A stretch of 63,482 nt of DNA, filler included, from Octopus bimaculoides (GCF_001194135.2; 7 parts of 5 records of this genome joined end to end with filler, not necessarily neighbours in it), one strand, 5' to 3'. Counted from the first letter of the whole stretch, positions 40,480-54,010 are shown. Numbers and translations: made by a program. The notes: a model not told the origin generated them from the letters alone.

Positions 40480-40796
40480 CCACTTCAAACACCATAATGT
40501 TGACTGGATGTTTGATTTTTATCACTCTTAGTACATGTCCTCAGATTGCACTGTCTTCAGATTGACACCCAAATGCTCTGAAATATTCTTATTTGAGCTT
40601 TCGGTGTAAATACCAAGCAGTACAGCATGCCGTTTCCAAATTTCTGGCAGATTGAATTGCATCATGGTGCTGTTTTTCCTGCAGACAGTTCCCCAATTGA
40701 CCCTATCATACTGTGTAGTTGACAAAATAAAAACAAACAATACGCCTACATGTAATTAAAAGTATAAAATGGCGACAAGTTATCCATCACACCCTG
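40480..40796 (-). mobile_element. Tc1/mariner-superfamily transposon remnant (5' TIR, transposase N-terminus, deleted interior)
   Basis: The minus strand starts TA|CAGGGTGTGATGG (TA target, CAGGGTG terminus). It encodes MMQFNLPEIWKRHAVLLGIYTESSNKNISEHLGVNLKTVQ (HTH-like) and then jumps to RVIKIKHPVNIMVF, a motif from the mariner catalytic region. Confidence 0.7.
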
Positions 40797-40850
40797 TATG
40801 TGTGTGTCTGTGTGTGTCTGTGTGTGTGCATATACATACATACTTGTATA

Positions 40851-40910
<60 letters not shown>

Positions 40911-41181
40911 CATACACACATATATACAAGTATGTATGTATATGCACACACACAGATACACACAGACACACACACACACATACACACATGTATACATATA
41001 TGCACATATACTTATGTATATATATAAATGCATACACACAGACATATATATATACAGAAACATATCAGTATATATTTACACAGCCATACACTCACATATA
41101 CGCATTTCTCCCTCTCTCTCCTTCTTTCTTTCTCTCTCTCTCTCTCTACATACATACATACATACATACATACATACACAC

Positions 41182-41214
<33 letters not shown>

Positions 41215-42605
41215 AGCATATATCATAAATGTAAATATGTATGTGTGTGAGTGTGTGTGTAGTGTGTGTGTGTGTGTGTATGTGTGTGTGTGTTTATGTA
41301 TGCATGTATAAATATAAATATAAATATATTTAAATATTTTTGTCTACTTATATATACTCTATTGGATGCTATGCAAACATCCTGATCACAAGAAGACTAT
41401 TTCTNNNNNNNNNNNNNNNNNNNNNNNNNNNNNNNNNNNNNNNNNNNNNNNNNNNNNNNNNNNNNNNNNNNNNNNNNNNNNNNNNNNNNNNNNNNNNNNN
41501 NNNNNNNNNNNNNNNNNNNNNNNNNNNNNNNNNNNNNNNNNNNNNNNNNNNNNNNNNNNNNNNNNNNNNNNNNNNNNNNNNNNNNNNNNNNNNNNNNNNN
41601 NNNNNNNNNNNNNNNNNNNNNNNNNNNNNNNNNNNNNNNNNNNNNNNNNNNNNNNNNNNNNNNNNNNNNNNNNNNNNNNNNNNNNNNNNNNNNNNNNNNN
41701 NNNNNNNNNNNNNNNNNNNNNNNNNNNNNNNNNNNNNNNNNNNNNNNNNNNNNNNNNNNNNNNNNNNNNNNNNNNNNNNNNNNNNNNNNNNNNNNNNNNN
41801 NNNNNNNNNNNNNNNNNNNNNNNNNNNNNNNNNNNNNNNNNNNNNNNNNNNNNNNNNNNNNNNNNNNNNNNNNNNNNNNNNNNNNNNNNNNNNNNNNNNN
41901 NNNNNNNNNNNNNNNNNNNNNNNNNNNNNNNNNNNNNNNNNNNNNNNNNNNNNNNNNNNNNNNNNNNNNNNNNNNNNNNNNNNNNNNNNNNNNNNNNNNN
42001 NNNNNNNNNNNNNNNNNNNNNNNNNNNNNNNNNNNNNNNNNNNNNNNNNNNNNNNNNNNNNNNNNNNNNNNNNNNNNNNNNNNNNNNNNNNNNNNNNNNN
42101 NNNNNNNNNNNNNNNNNNNNNNNNNNNNNNNNNNNNNNNNNNNNNNNNNNNNNNNNNNNNNNNNNNNNNNNNNNNNNNNNNNNNNNNNNNNNNNNNNNNN
42201 NNNNNNNNNNNNNNNNNNNNNNNNNNNNNNNNNNNNNNNNNNNNNNNNNNNNNNNNNNNNNNNCCACACCCCTCCACACCCCTCCCATTTCCCTCTCATT
42301 CTCCCCTCTCCCCTATCATTCCATCCCCCCCCACCCCCATCATTTCCTTTCTCAGTTTCTTCATCTGAAAATTCATTTAAGATGATAATTGGTCTTGTTC
42401 AGCTCTAGCAACTTCTGAACAAGGTAGATTCAGAATCCACATTTTTCAAGAAAGCTGCTGCCATGAGTGGGTGTACTAAGTTTAAGTTAAACGAATAATT
42501 ATTTCTTCTGGTGCTTTAATTCATATGAAGCTTAAGGTGCACAGAAAAGGTGATTCATAGAGGAGAGAAATAACTCTGGAAATTTAAAAGTTCTACTGAG
42601 GTGCA

Positions 42606-42775
42606 AGCTTGGCTCTGTGGTTAAGGAGTTTGTTTTGTAATCATCTAGTTGTGGGTTCAATACTATGTGTAATACCATGGAAAGAGTCTTCTATAATAAC
42701 CCCTAGGTCAACCAATGCTTTGTGAGTAAATTTAATAGATGGAAATTGTGTGGAAGCCTGTCATGTATATATCTT
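42606..42775 (+). mobile_element. SINE family D/C head (diverged)
   Basis: ttggctctgtggttaaggagtttg...gggttcaat...agtcttctataa...gctttgtgagt...gatggaaattgtgtggaagcc. Confidence 0.6.
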
Positions 42776-42794
42776 TTACTGGCACGAACTGATT

Positions 42795-42827
<33 letters not shown>

Positions 42828-42854
42828 ATTGTTGCTGTTGTTGTTGTTCTTCTT

Positions 42855-43380
42855 ATTCGTGCGGGTGGCACTTAAAAAGCACCAACCGAATGTGGCTGAT
42901 GCCAGTACCCCCAGACTGGCTCCCGTGCCAGTAACATGTAAAAAGCACCATCTGAACGTGGTCTATGCTAGGTCCGCCTGACTGGCTCCCATGCTGGTGG
43001 CAAGTAAAAAGCACCAACTGATCGTGACCAATGCCAGTACCCTCTGACTGGCTCCTGTGCCGGTGGCATGTAAAAAGCACTATCTGAACGTGGTCGATGC
43101 CAGGTCCACCTGACTGGCTTCCGTGCCAGTGGCACATAAAAAGCACCAACTGATCGTGACCGATGCCAGTACCCCCTGACTGGTTCCTGTGCTGGTGGCA
43201 TGTAAAAAGTACCCACTACACTCTCGGAGTGGTTGGCATTAGGAAGCGCATCCAGCTGCAGAAACTCTACCAGATCAGATTGGAGTCTGGTGTAGCCACT
43301 GGCTCTCCAGACCTCAATCAAACCGTCCAACCCATACCAGCATGGAAAACGGACATTAATTGATGATGATGATGATGATG
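42855..43380 (+). mobile_element. Retroposon family E containing a 66-bp internal tandem array
   Basis: AAAAAG(C/T)AC recurs at 42874, 42940, 43006, 43072, 43138 and 43204, followed by the conserved 3' body and a (GAT)n tail. Confidence 0.85.
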
Positions 43381-43500
43381 TGGTAAGCAGACAGAGTTGT
43401 TAGCATGCTGGACAAGACACTTAGTGATATTTTGTCTGTCTTTACATTCTGAGTTCAAATTCTGCCATGGTTAACTTTCCTTGTGCCTATAGTAGAAAGG
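43380..43500 (+). mobile_element. SINE family A, internally deleted
   Basis: gttagcatgctggac...ctttacattctgagttcaaattctgcc...cttgtgcctatagtagaaagg. Confidence 0.7.
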
Positions 43501-43518
43501 ATATCATTATTATTATTA

Positions 43519-43930
43519 GGCACAGAAGTGACTGTGTGGTGAGTAGCTTGCTTACCAACCACATGGATCCAGGTTCATTCCCACTGTGTGGCACCTTGGG
43601 CAAGTGTCTTCTACTATAGCCTTGGGCTGACCAAAGCCTTGTAAGTGGATATGGCAGACGGAAACTGAAAGAAGCCCATTGTATATATGTATATATATGT
43701 ATGTGTGTATATATGTTTGTGTGTCTGGTTTGTTCCCCCAACATCGCTTGACAACCGATGGTGGTGTGTTTACGTCCCCGTAACTTAGTAGTTCAGCAAA
43801 AGAGACTGATAGAATAAGTACAAGACTTACAAAGAATAAGTCCTGGGATCGATTTGCTTGACTAAAGGCAGTGCTCCAGCATGGCCGCAGTCAAATGACT
43901 GAAACAAGTAAAGGAGAGTAAAAGAGAGTA
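43519..43930 (+). mobile_element. Complete SINE family D/C (tRNA-like head, internal TA/TG microsatellite, 3' body, AAGAGTA-like tail)
   Basis: The head gactgtgtggt...ggttcattcccactgtgtggcaccttgggcaagtg is linked via a microsatellite to cgcttgacaaccgatg...gactgaaacaagtaaa. Confidence 0.85.
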
Positions 43931-43945
43931 TTATTCCATTTTTTT

Positions 43946-44008
<63 letters not shown>

Positions 44009-44482
44009 AGTAGAAGCACCAAAATAAATTCATTTCTTTTTCCATCAAATCCTGACAAGTTTAATTTTACTTCCCATCCCTTCAAGAAGTTAAAATAAGT
44101 CAGTTCTGGGGCATCAACTTCATCATTTCAATCAGGTATACCCTATTCACCTCTTACCAATTGAGATGCTCTCATGCTGATGTAAGAAGCTACGATTTTA
44201 TTGGTTCTGTCATATCGCTGGAGGCTGGGAGCTTTTTTTTCTTTTTGATTTGTTTATTTCTTCTTCGACAACTTCTTTGGCAAATAAATTCTAGAAAAAT
44301 CCTTTTTTGAAATGGCAGTTAGTTTGTATAAGGTGAAAAAAAAAAAAAAAAAGAAAAGGAAAAAAAGAAATAACAAACAAAACATACAAAATAAAGTGTT
44401 TTGTTCTTTTTTGTTTTTTCAAGATAATTTTAATGAAAATGTGAAGGTAATGCAAGTAAGATGTGTTTGCTGTTTCAATAGC

Positions 44483-44514
<32 letters not shown>

Positions 44515-44564
44515 CTATCACTACAATTATCATCATCCCTGTCATCGTCACCATCATCATCGCC

Positions 44565-44664
44565 NNNNNNNNNNNNNNNNNNNNNNNNNNNNNNNNNNNN
44601 NNNNNNNNTTAATTAATTAANNNNNNNNNNNNNNNNNNNNNNNNNNNNNNNNNNNNNNNNNNNN
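44565..44664. other. Artificial contig join (44 N + TTAATTAATTAA + 44 N)
   Basis: Same 100-bp structure. Confidence 0.95.
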
Positions 44665-45741
44665 TATATATGAATATTTATATATAGTTAAAACGCATCT
44701 CCATGACTGCTATAAAGCAGGAAAGTATACTAGTCCTTATGTATTTAACGTCCTTATATATTTAATACTCAATATTTCATATATTCAATAAGACATTCAA
44801 TACTTCATTTCCTTTTACTACTTATATTATATATTCCATATTCTATATCTCAGATTAATTTTATAAGAATATAAATGAAACATAAAATACAGACAGAGTT
44901 GGAACTCTTTTAAATTGTATATATGTGTGTGTATGTGTGTGTGTGTGTGTGTGTGTGAGTGTGTGTTTGTGTTTGTGTGTGCGTGTTTGTGTGTATGTGT
45001 ATAATAATAAGGTTATGTTTATATAAGCTTAAAGCTTGTGGTGATCACCGTGCAATGACTAAGGAAAATAGTGTAATAAAGGTGCATATAAGCCCTCGGC
45101 CCTGGACAGAACAAAGAGGGCTTTCCTATTTTACAGGATTGTAAAAATGGCGCTGCATAAAAAAACATTCACAACACAAGTATGTATGTATGTATGTATG
45201 TATGTATGTAGGTATGTATGTATGTGTGTATGTGTGTATATATATATNNNNNNNNNNNNNNNNNNNNNNNNNNNNNNNNNNNNNNNNNNNNNNNNNNNNN
45301 NNNNNNNNNNNNNNNNNNNNNNNNNNNNNNNNNNNNNNNNNNNNNNNNNNNNNNNNNNNNNNNNNNNNNNNNNNNNNNNNNNNNNNNNNNNNNNNNNNNN
45401 NNNNNNNNNNNNNNNNNNNNNNNNNNNNNNNNNNNNNNNNNNNNNNNNNNNNNNNNNNNNNNNNNNNNNNNNNNNNNNNNNNNNNNNNNNNNNNNNNNNN
45501 NNNNNNNNNNNNNNNNNNNNNNNNNNNNNNNNNNNNNNNNNNNNNNNNNNNNNNNNNNNNNNNNNNNNNNNNNNNNNNNNNNNNNNNNNNNNNNNNNNNN
45601 NNNNNNNNNNNNNNNNNNNNNNNNNNNNNNNNNNNNNNNNNNNNNCGTATACATAGATGTATATATATATACACATATATATATGTATATATATATATAT
45701 GTGTGTAAGTGGGAGTGAATGTGTGTGTACACATGTACAAA

Positions 45742-45794
<53 letters not shown>

Positions 45795-45839
45795 TGGTTG
45801 TCTACTCCTTATGCAGAGTCTAACCACCTCCTGTAACTA

Positions 45840-46345
45840 CATCTTAAGTCCGTCATGGCGTCTGATATGGCTTTTAAACCAGACAATGTATTAAAAAGAT
45901 ACACACATCGATTGCATATCAGATTTGGACCACTAAGAGCTGCAGTTAAGTAGTGATCCTTGTGGATCGTAAAATTCCCTTTGAGGCCTCCGTTAGATTT
46001 GCAGAGCTTATGGCATGCACGGCATTGAAAAGTGTGCACAGATATATAGGTAGAGTTGTGAGTGAAAGTTCGTTTTTCATGGGTCCGCAAATAAGATTTA
46101 AACCCAGCAAAAGAAACGCATATGTCACTAACTATGCTGTGCACAAATATGTCACTGAGCTTCACCTTCTCGATCGCAACAGTCTTCTTTAAATCTCTCT
46201 TGAGTCTTGCCTGGTCCCCTCTAGCGCTTTAACTCCACTCCACACTTTTGTTCGCCATCCAGCTCGAGCCAAAGCATGTGTTTCTATGGCCGTTGGATCC
46301 ATTTCAAATGACTTTATGGTTGTTCTTATACCGTCCTTAACCCTC
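45840..46345 (-). mobile_element. 3' end of an RTE-clade LINE ORF2 (post-RT region + decayed C2H2-like fingers)
   Basis: RVKDGIRTTIKSFEMDPTAIETHALARAGWRTKVWSGVKALEGTR resembles the RTE 'KRxKDxLK..DPxxWE.LA.DR..WR..V..G...FE..R' segment. It is followed by FQCRACHKLCKSNGGLK and ICNRC...LSGLK with mutated His ligands and a frame break. Confidence 0.7.
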
Positions 46346-47412
46346 TCCCTATATATATTATATGCACACACGCGTGCAAATACAAATTAATATTTGTTAC
46401 TTAAACGTTACAGCTAATACTATTACTCTACTAATATACATATGCATGTCCTTGTGTGCGCATGCGTGTCTTCTATTTCTTCTTGGTCTTCTACTTTCTG
46501 TTGTTCTACACCTTGGTGAAACCTATATTGAGTATTATCTAAGAGACTAGAAAACGTTGCTTTCTTTCCGCTAGTTAAATGTCCATAAAGAGAGTCCACT
46601 TTCGCTAACCAGCTCGACGGAGAGATTGATATAGTGACAGAGAGGGAGAGATAGCAATTGATGCATAGAGAGATGTTACAATTCTATTTATACAAAGAAG
46701 ATGACCTCCATTCAACAAGGCATTCAATGCATAAACAGTTTAATTATACCTATTTCAATATCGACGTTACGAGTGATCCTCTAAGAAACTCATCAGACAC
46801 ACACTACTGGCAGAAACCAACTTGTTTTAACGCTTACACAAAACTTTTTGAATTCGCAGAAAAAGAAAATATGTAAATGAATAAATAAATGAAGAAAACA
46901 CAAAGATTTTATAAGTAGTTTCGTAATGGAAATGTTTTATGATTTTAATAAAAAATAATTGCTCAAGCAAGTTAATATCATGCGACTTAAGAAAGCGATA
47001 AATATTTAAATTATACTTGGAAGCCATAGACGTGATTTAGAATTATTTCAGTTTTAGTTCTTTGAGAAATATAATTGGAAAAATGATTAAAAATGGTAAA
47101 AAAAAAAAAGAGAAGTAACAGTTCATAGTAAGATTCACGTGTATTATAAGGAGTTATGTGCACTACAAAGTATATGCAAATATATTCTCTTGCAGAATTT
47201 AATAAAAATCTAGAATTGAACTCTGACATTTGAAGCTCAGTACAGGTATTCATAAATTATATATATATATATATGAATATTTATAACGCATTTGTGTATA
47301 CATATTTAATACATGTACATACGCCAGCATAATACGTATACATGTTTAATATGTGTGTAGGTGTCTGAGTGTGTGTGCGTGTGTGTGTGTGTGTGTATGC
47401 GTACGTGCGTGC

Positions 47413-47481
<69 letters not shown>

Positions 47482-49513
47482 CGTGTGTGCATAAAATCGA
47501 TTAAAAACAGTGCAGCAGAAAATTCGGACACTGTCCTTTTTGAGAGGGAAAAATTGAAAGGAGAGAAATTAATCAGGCACAGAAGAGTTTGACATCCACT
47601 TAGTTTAAGAAAATGGCTACAACTGATAAAGACCGCGGGGACGAGTGAGTTTCATACTTGAACATCAAGTGGTAGAGAAACAGAAACAGCGAGAAAAGGA
47701 AGAAGAACGGCGTAATGAAATGAGGAGAAGGAGGCAAAGCGTAATGTGGCATGAGGGGAAATGGTGAGAGGGAAGTTGAAGGATAAGAAAGGGTTTAAGG
47801 AACTAAGAAGAGATGTAGAAGTAGAAGGAAAAACGTTCACTTAAACCTGTCGGTGACACGGCGCTAATTTCGAATATCAAACATTGCTCCACCCACCCCT
47901 GTTTCCTTAAGTAAGTGTGCCCATGGTTTGCGGTGAGGTCGCCCATTGATGATTGTAACAAGAGGTGTCGAATAATCGATATATTTAAAAGAGCCTGGTT
48001 GTGTTGGGCTGTGTGTTATTCCGCTCCTTACTAGGATATTTCTGAGGTCGTTTTGGGGGTGCGCGGGGGGGGGGTTAATACGAGGAGAGATGGTACGAGA
48101 AAGACAGGAGTAGTTTTGGGGGGTCTGAATAAACTAAGTCAGTTCCCAGGAGCAGGATGCAAATAAGCCAACAGTAGAGTTCAACCAGAAAGAACATCTC
48201 CACAATCTGATACTGAAAATGGGTCGTCGCTCATGCAACATTGTCAATGAGACCACCTGAAATTTTACAGGAATAAGGCTAAACATTAAATATATAATAC
48301 TTCAAGTTCTAGAGGTCGCAATTATGGCAGGGAACTTTGTAGTAAAAGTTTTCAACCAACTTGTTTCCCATTTCAATTTCTAAGGCTTCAATTTCCTGTC
48401 AGCAATATATCTCATAAGTAATCTTTTATGGTTGTTGGAATAAATATTACGGATTCTATCATTTTATGAGAATAGATTAAATGCTGGCACTTAAAAAGTT
48501 GGAGAACTTTTTATCATAGCGTCATAAAGCAAAGCCTTGAACGTGTATCACAAAGCTTGGGAATGAGCACATAAATCAACAAAGGAATTCAGTCTGATGT
48601 AAATCTGACTTCAATAAAAATAAACAGGAACGCTAATTCATTAGTCAAATACATTATTGTGTTACTACGTCGATTCCACGCAGACATCGCTTGGCCTGTA
48701 TTTCATCAAGCCACAGTCAATAGTCTTTGTAAATAATGTAAAACAAGTCGAACAGAGGACAACTACGCTTCATAGCTATATGTGGCTGATATAACAGCGA
48801 AATCTTCTTCAGTTTACGAACCAGCGTATCTACTATCTCACTTTCTGGAGCGAACACGTTACAATGAAGTAGAGAAATTTGAAAAGACAACACGAAACCG
48901 GTTATTTCTCAAAATACAATGTTTATATACCAAAAAGATTTTATAACATTTTTCTGACATAATTTAAATATATACTTTAACCATGTAACACAAGCCTTCT
49001 GTAGTTTTTTCACTCTTATTATCTTTTATACATCCAACCACGTGCTTTCACATACCAACTTTCTCACCTATATATATATATATNNNNNNNNNNNNNNNNN
49101 NNNNNNNNNNNNNNNNNNNNNNNNNNNNNNNNNNNNNNNNNNNNNNNNNNNNNNNNNNNNNNNNNNNNNNNNNNNNNNNNNNNNNNNNNNNNNNNNNNNN
49201 NNNNNNNNNNNNNNNNNNNNNNNNNNNNNNNNNNNNNNNNNNNNNNNNNNNNNNNNNATACATACATAATAATATAAATAATATATAAACATATGCATAT
49301 ATCCATACATATATGTACGGGTACAGGAAATCACAAAAAAAAAACGTTAAACACAATGAGAAACGAAAACATAAAGACGAAAACAGAAAAACTTTTTTCG
49401 AACAACGAAAAATACAGAGAAATGAGACATGCAACATAACGAGTATAACCCTTCGTCAGTTGTCGCTGTTCCATCTACTCCGCGTTTCGATATATATATA
49501 TATATATATGTGT

Positions 49514-49551
<38 letters not shown>

Positions 49552-50500
49552 GCGTGTGGTGTCGGGATGTAGCCAACAAAGGAAAGCTTAATGAACATAC
49601 CTGCTACATCTTCTTCAAATTGCTCCCTGCTCTCTCAAGTGTTCATATAAGTATTTCGGTATATGTGTTTATTCTTTCTTAGTTCACTGATATAGCCGGG
49701 TACCTACTCTTTATTATTAAAAACTTTAAATGGAAATCAAAATGCAATTCTCGTGCTCATGAAGCAAGAGCGTTCTTTTGTAACTACCTTTACAAATTTG
49801 CCTCTGTTGTTGATATTAGCGCCTAATTAATTCATTAAGTCAAGCCAAAGTGTAAGTCTTAATGAATTAAGAGAGACCTATTAATAAATACAAGCTCATT
49901 TACACTCGATAAAAATAAACAACAATACATATGTAGTTATACAGCAGTAAGTTGACACAGTTGTATAAATGTATGATTTAAAAAAAAATACAATGCACTA
50001 TATGTAAATTTATCTATCAAAACAGATTTGCAGTAAAGATCTACTTCTGTAATAACTTCTGACTTTACTTTATGACCTTTAAGTAAGATTTAAATATCAA
50101 CAGCTTCTTAATTTACATAGCACACTTTTACTTCAATATTCTACAATTTCCTTTAGGATAAAATTATATATAACATGACTGTCGTGATTTGATTTCCGAA
50201 ACATTTCTTTTGACCTTTTCAATCGTTTTTATAAATAAACTTGTTTTCAAGGTAATTTAAATATTTGTACGTCAACCTCAATATTACTTGGTTTTCATTT
50301 GTTTCCTGCCCTTGATGGGAGTCTAAAAGGAAACCGAAACGTATGATTCATTCTATGATCGAAGATTCACCTTTCAGGTAACTAGCATCTGCATTACAGG
50401 TGTGGAGTACTTGACAGTGATTGTTTGATTTATGTAATTAAGAATGATGATAATGTTACTGCGGTTGTTGGTGTTGATGTTGCTACTATAACAACTACTA

Positions 50501-50710
50501 AGGCGATGTTTTGGCAGAATCGTTAGCATGCCGGGCAAAATGCTTAGCGGTATTTCGTCCGTCCTTACGTTGAGTTCAAATTCGGACGATGTCGATTTGC
50601 CTTTCATCCTTTCGGGGTCGATGAAATAAGTACCAGCTGAGTACTGGGGCCGATGTAATCGAGTAGTCCCCTTCCCCAAATTTCAGGCCTTGTGCTTATA
50701 GTAGAAAGTA
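50501..50710 (+). mobile_element. SINE family A, near full length
   Basis: ggcagaatcgttagcatgccgggcaaaatgcttagcggtatttcg...gagttcaaattc...gtagaaag. Confidence 0.85.
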
Positions 50711-50813
50711 TTATAACAATTATACTCTTTGTTGTTGTTGTTTCTTGTCATTGTTGTTGTTGTTGCTGTTATTGGTTCTGTTGATCTTTTTCTTGTCAGT
50801 ACTGTAAAATCTG

Positions 50814-50847
<34 letters not shown>

Positions 50848-51307
50848 TTTTCCTTCTGCTGCTTCTAGCTTCTGTTCTCTTTTATTCTATCTCTATATGG
50901 ATGCAACTTTGGCCGAATTAAGACCTTTGTGTCGCAATAACAAGTTCCCAGGTTCAATCCCACTGCACGGCCTCTTGGACCAATGTCCTTTATCAATGGA
51001 TTCGAGTTGTGAGAAGCAGTGTATATTGTTGGCGACCGTGAAAGCCAAGCGGATGAACTTTACATGTAATTCAAAAGACTATTCTTGTTACAGTTTCATG
51101 CTGATTGTAGCTGAAGATTACATAAAATTACGAGTGTTGCTTTTGTAATTACCTAGGCCGCGACTTGTCAGGTAAGTGTGAAACACTGATTCCGCTTGAA
51201 GATAATGAAAAGGTTACGCATGACTATGGAATATTCTGCCTATTACATTACAATCAATCCGTTGCTAAGCAACTGGATTGAACAACTTGAATCCTCATCG
51301 TTTCAAC

Positions 51308-51713
51308 CAGTGTTTCTCAACTGGTATCCATATGACCCCTGGAGCGCACATGGCTCTTGGGGTTCTTGTTAAAATTTATGGCTCTTGGGGTTCTTGTTAA
51401 AATTTATGTACAATAAATTGCTTATACTTCTATAATACACAAAACATTTTAATTCTTTTATACAGTTTCTAATATTTGATTATAAAATTGTTGGAGTGTA
51501 ACTTAGCCGTTCGGCAAACATGACTGATAGAATAAGTTCCAGGCTTACAAAGAATAAGTCCTGGCGTCGATTTCTTCGACTAAAAGGCATGGCCACAGTC
51601 AAATGACTGAAACAAGTAAAAGAATAAAAGAATATACTGGAACAAGAAAATTTTAACAACAAAATCTTATATGGACCGTCAAGGGCTATATGAACCCAGA
51701 TTGAGATTCACTG
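51308..51713. mobile_element. Decayed hAT-like MITE with nested SINE D/C fragment (51500-51632)
   Basis: Termini CAGTGTTTCTCAACTGG and CCAGATTGAGATTCACTG are imperfect inverted repeats. No clean TSD. There is an internal 28-29-bp direct duplication at ~51349-51405. Confidence 0.55.
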
Positions 51714-52132
51714 GTCTAATGCAACGAAAGGTAGGTCTATTTGATTTGTCTTATATCAGACGCAGAAACACACGTGAAGACAAAAATGCACTCACAGACT
51801 CATTACACTGCTATCATAAAGTGGTCTAAAATTGCTGTTCATTTTCAGCTACACGTTGATACTGCTGTGAGACGTCAAGTGAAACTTCGAATTTCTCTCA
51901 ACTTTCCATGTCCCTAATTTATCATTATCTTATCATCTGTGACAATTTAATTTTGAAGTCTTATATGTTTTCTTACATTTCACATCCAGCATATTGTAAC
52001 ATGCTTCAGGTGCAAAAATAAAATGAAAGTACCTTCTTTTCATTTATCCTCCTTTTTTCGATTTTTTAATTATACCTCTCGTTCTAAATTACACTTATAA
52101 TCGCTTTTGCCACTTCTGCATACACCTTCTTT

Positions 52133-52134
<2 letters not shown>

Positions 52135-52179
<45 letters not shown>

Positions 52180-52180
52180 T

Positions 52181-52217
<37 letters not shown>

Positions 52218-52231
52218 TCTTCTACTACTAC

Positions 52232-52280
<49 letters not shown>

Positions 52281-52352
52281 TCTTCTTCTTCTACTACGAC
52301 TACAACTACTACTACTACTACTACTGCTGCTGCTGCTGGTACTACTACTACA

Positions 52353-52384
<32 letters not shown>

Positions 52385-52385
52385 G
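52135..52385. repeat. (CTA)n microsatellite with CTT/CTG interruptions
   Basis: Directly visible. Confidence 0.95.
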
Positions 52386-54010
52386 ACTTTGCCCCCGTTG
52401 TCTTTCTTTTTCTTTTTTTTATACTCTTTACAATCTACTTATATCTCGCAACTACTCAAACCACTTCAGCTAATCTTCATCAGCCCAACGAAGCTTCACT
52501 TCATTCTCCGTTCTACTGCTTCCAGTTATTGCTTTTTTTTTTTGGCTTTTACGTACAGTTATCAGTTTTAAAATTGGAAGACACTTTTAGATCAGTTCAT
52601 TGGTTACAGGGACAAGAACAAGAACATCTGCTTTAATTCAACAAGTAGTGATGATGATGACTGTAAGAATAGTGTTGATGATGATGGTGATGATGATGAT
52701 GATGATGATGACGACGACGATGATGATGATATTGATGATGAGGAGGAGGAGGAGGAGGAGGAGGAGGNNNNNNNNNNNNNNNNNNNNNNNNNNNNNNNNN
52801 NNNNNNNNNNNNNNNNNNNNNNNNNNNNNNNNNNNNNNNNNNNNNNNNNNNNNNNNNNNNNNNNNNNNNNNNNNNNNNNNNNNNNNNNNNNNNNNNNNNN
52901 NNNNNNNNNNNNNNNNNNNNNNNNNNNNNNNNNNNNNNNNNNNNNNNNNNNNNNNNNNNNNGATGATGAGGAGGAGGAGGAGGAGGAGGAGGGGAGGAGT
53001 AAGACGACGGCGACGGTGAGGGTGGTGGTAGTGGTGGTGGTGGTGGTGGTGGTGATGATGATGATGAGGAGGAGGAGGAGGAGGAGGAGGAGGGGGAGGA
53101 GGAGGACGACGACGACGACGACGACGACGGTGAGGGTGGCGGTAGTGGTGGTGGTGGTGATGATGATGATGATGATCATCATCATCATAAAAAGGTGGAG
53201 AGGAAGAGGCTGATGATGACGATGACGATGATGATTGATGACGGTGACGATGATAATGAAGGTAAGGAGAGTTTGATGTTTGTGAAAGCAAAGACGATAA
53301 TATTAAAGCTCATGTTGAAAAATCAAGAGAAGAACGAGAAGAGAAGCAGGTTAGGTTCCTAAGCCTGATCCAGTAATTGTTACTAATAATAAAATATTGA
53401 AAAAAAAACAAACAATATCTCATTGTCAGTTGGCACAAACTTAAGAAAAATTGCTTACGGTATGCCGGCAGTAATGTGGAGAGAAGATTTCGTACACTTC
53501 CCCCAGCATACGAAACTCATACTTGATATGTGTCTTACATTATTTAATGGCTGTGTTACCTTTAAGAAACATTCTTTAATTATCTGAATGAAAATTCTCC
53601 AACGAAGATGAAAAAAATGCTAAGCTTTTATTCGCTGTTCAGATATTTGTCGAGGGTGGATGACAAAAATCAGAAAGGTAGCCTATAGCGATAGTCAAAA
53701 GATCATTTCCAAAAATAAAACGTTTACGTACATATTAGCAATTCCCTTGACCAAATTATAAACAGGTTTTACAATTGATATGAAAATACACAAAACTGAA
53801 GTACAATTCTCGTAATCCACCATATTTTAAAGTAGTTTATATATNNNNNNNNNNTATGTATGTATGAATGTATGTATGAATGTATGTATGTATGTGTGTA
53901 TGAATGTATGTATGTATGTATGAATGTATGAATGTATGTATGTATGTATGTATGTATGTATGTGTGTGTATGTATGTATGTATGTATGTATGTATCCAAA
54001 GTATGTATTA

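Noticed and set aside
42874-43210. CRISPR-like repeat-spacer array
   Set aside because: The context is eukaryotic, the 'spacers' are only two alternating related sequences, it sits inside a retroposon, and there are no cas genes.
45809-46165. Independent C2H2 zinc-finger host gene on the minus strand
   Set aside because: It lies directly downstream of an RTE ORF2 motif, the metal ligands are decayed, and there is no TGEKP linker or exon structure.
47652-47770. Short charged ORF on + strand (EHQVVEKQKQREKEEERRNEMRRRRQ...)
   Set aside because: It is explained by purine-rich composition and has no start, splice context or recognisable homology.
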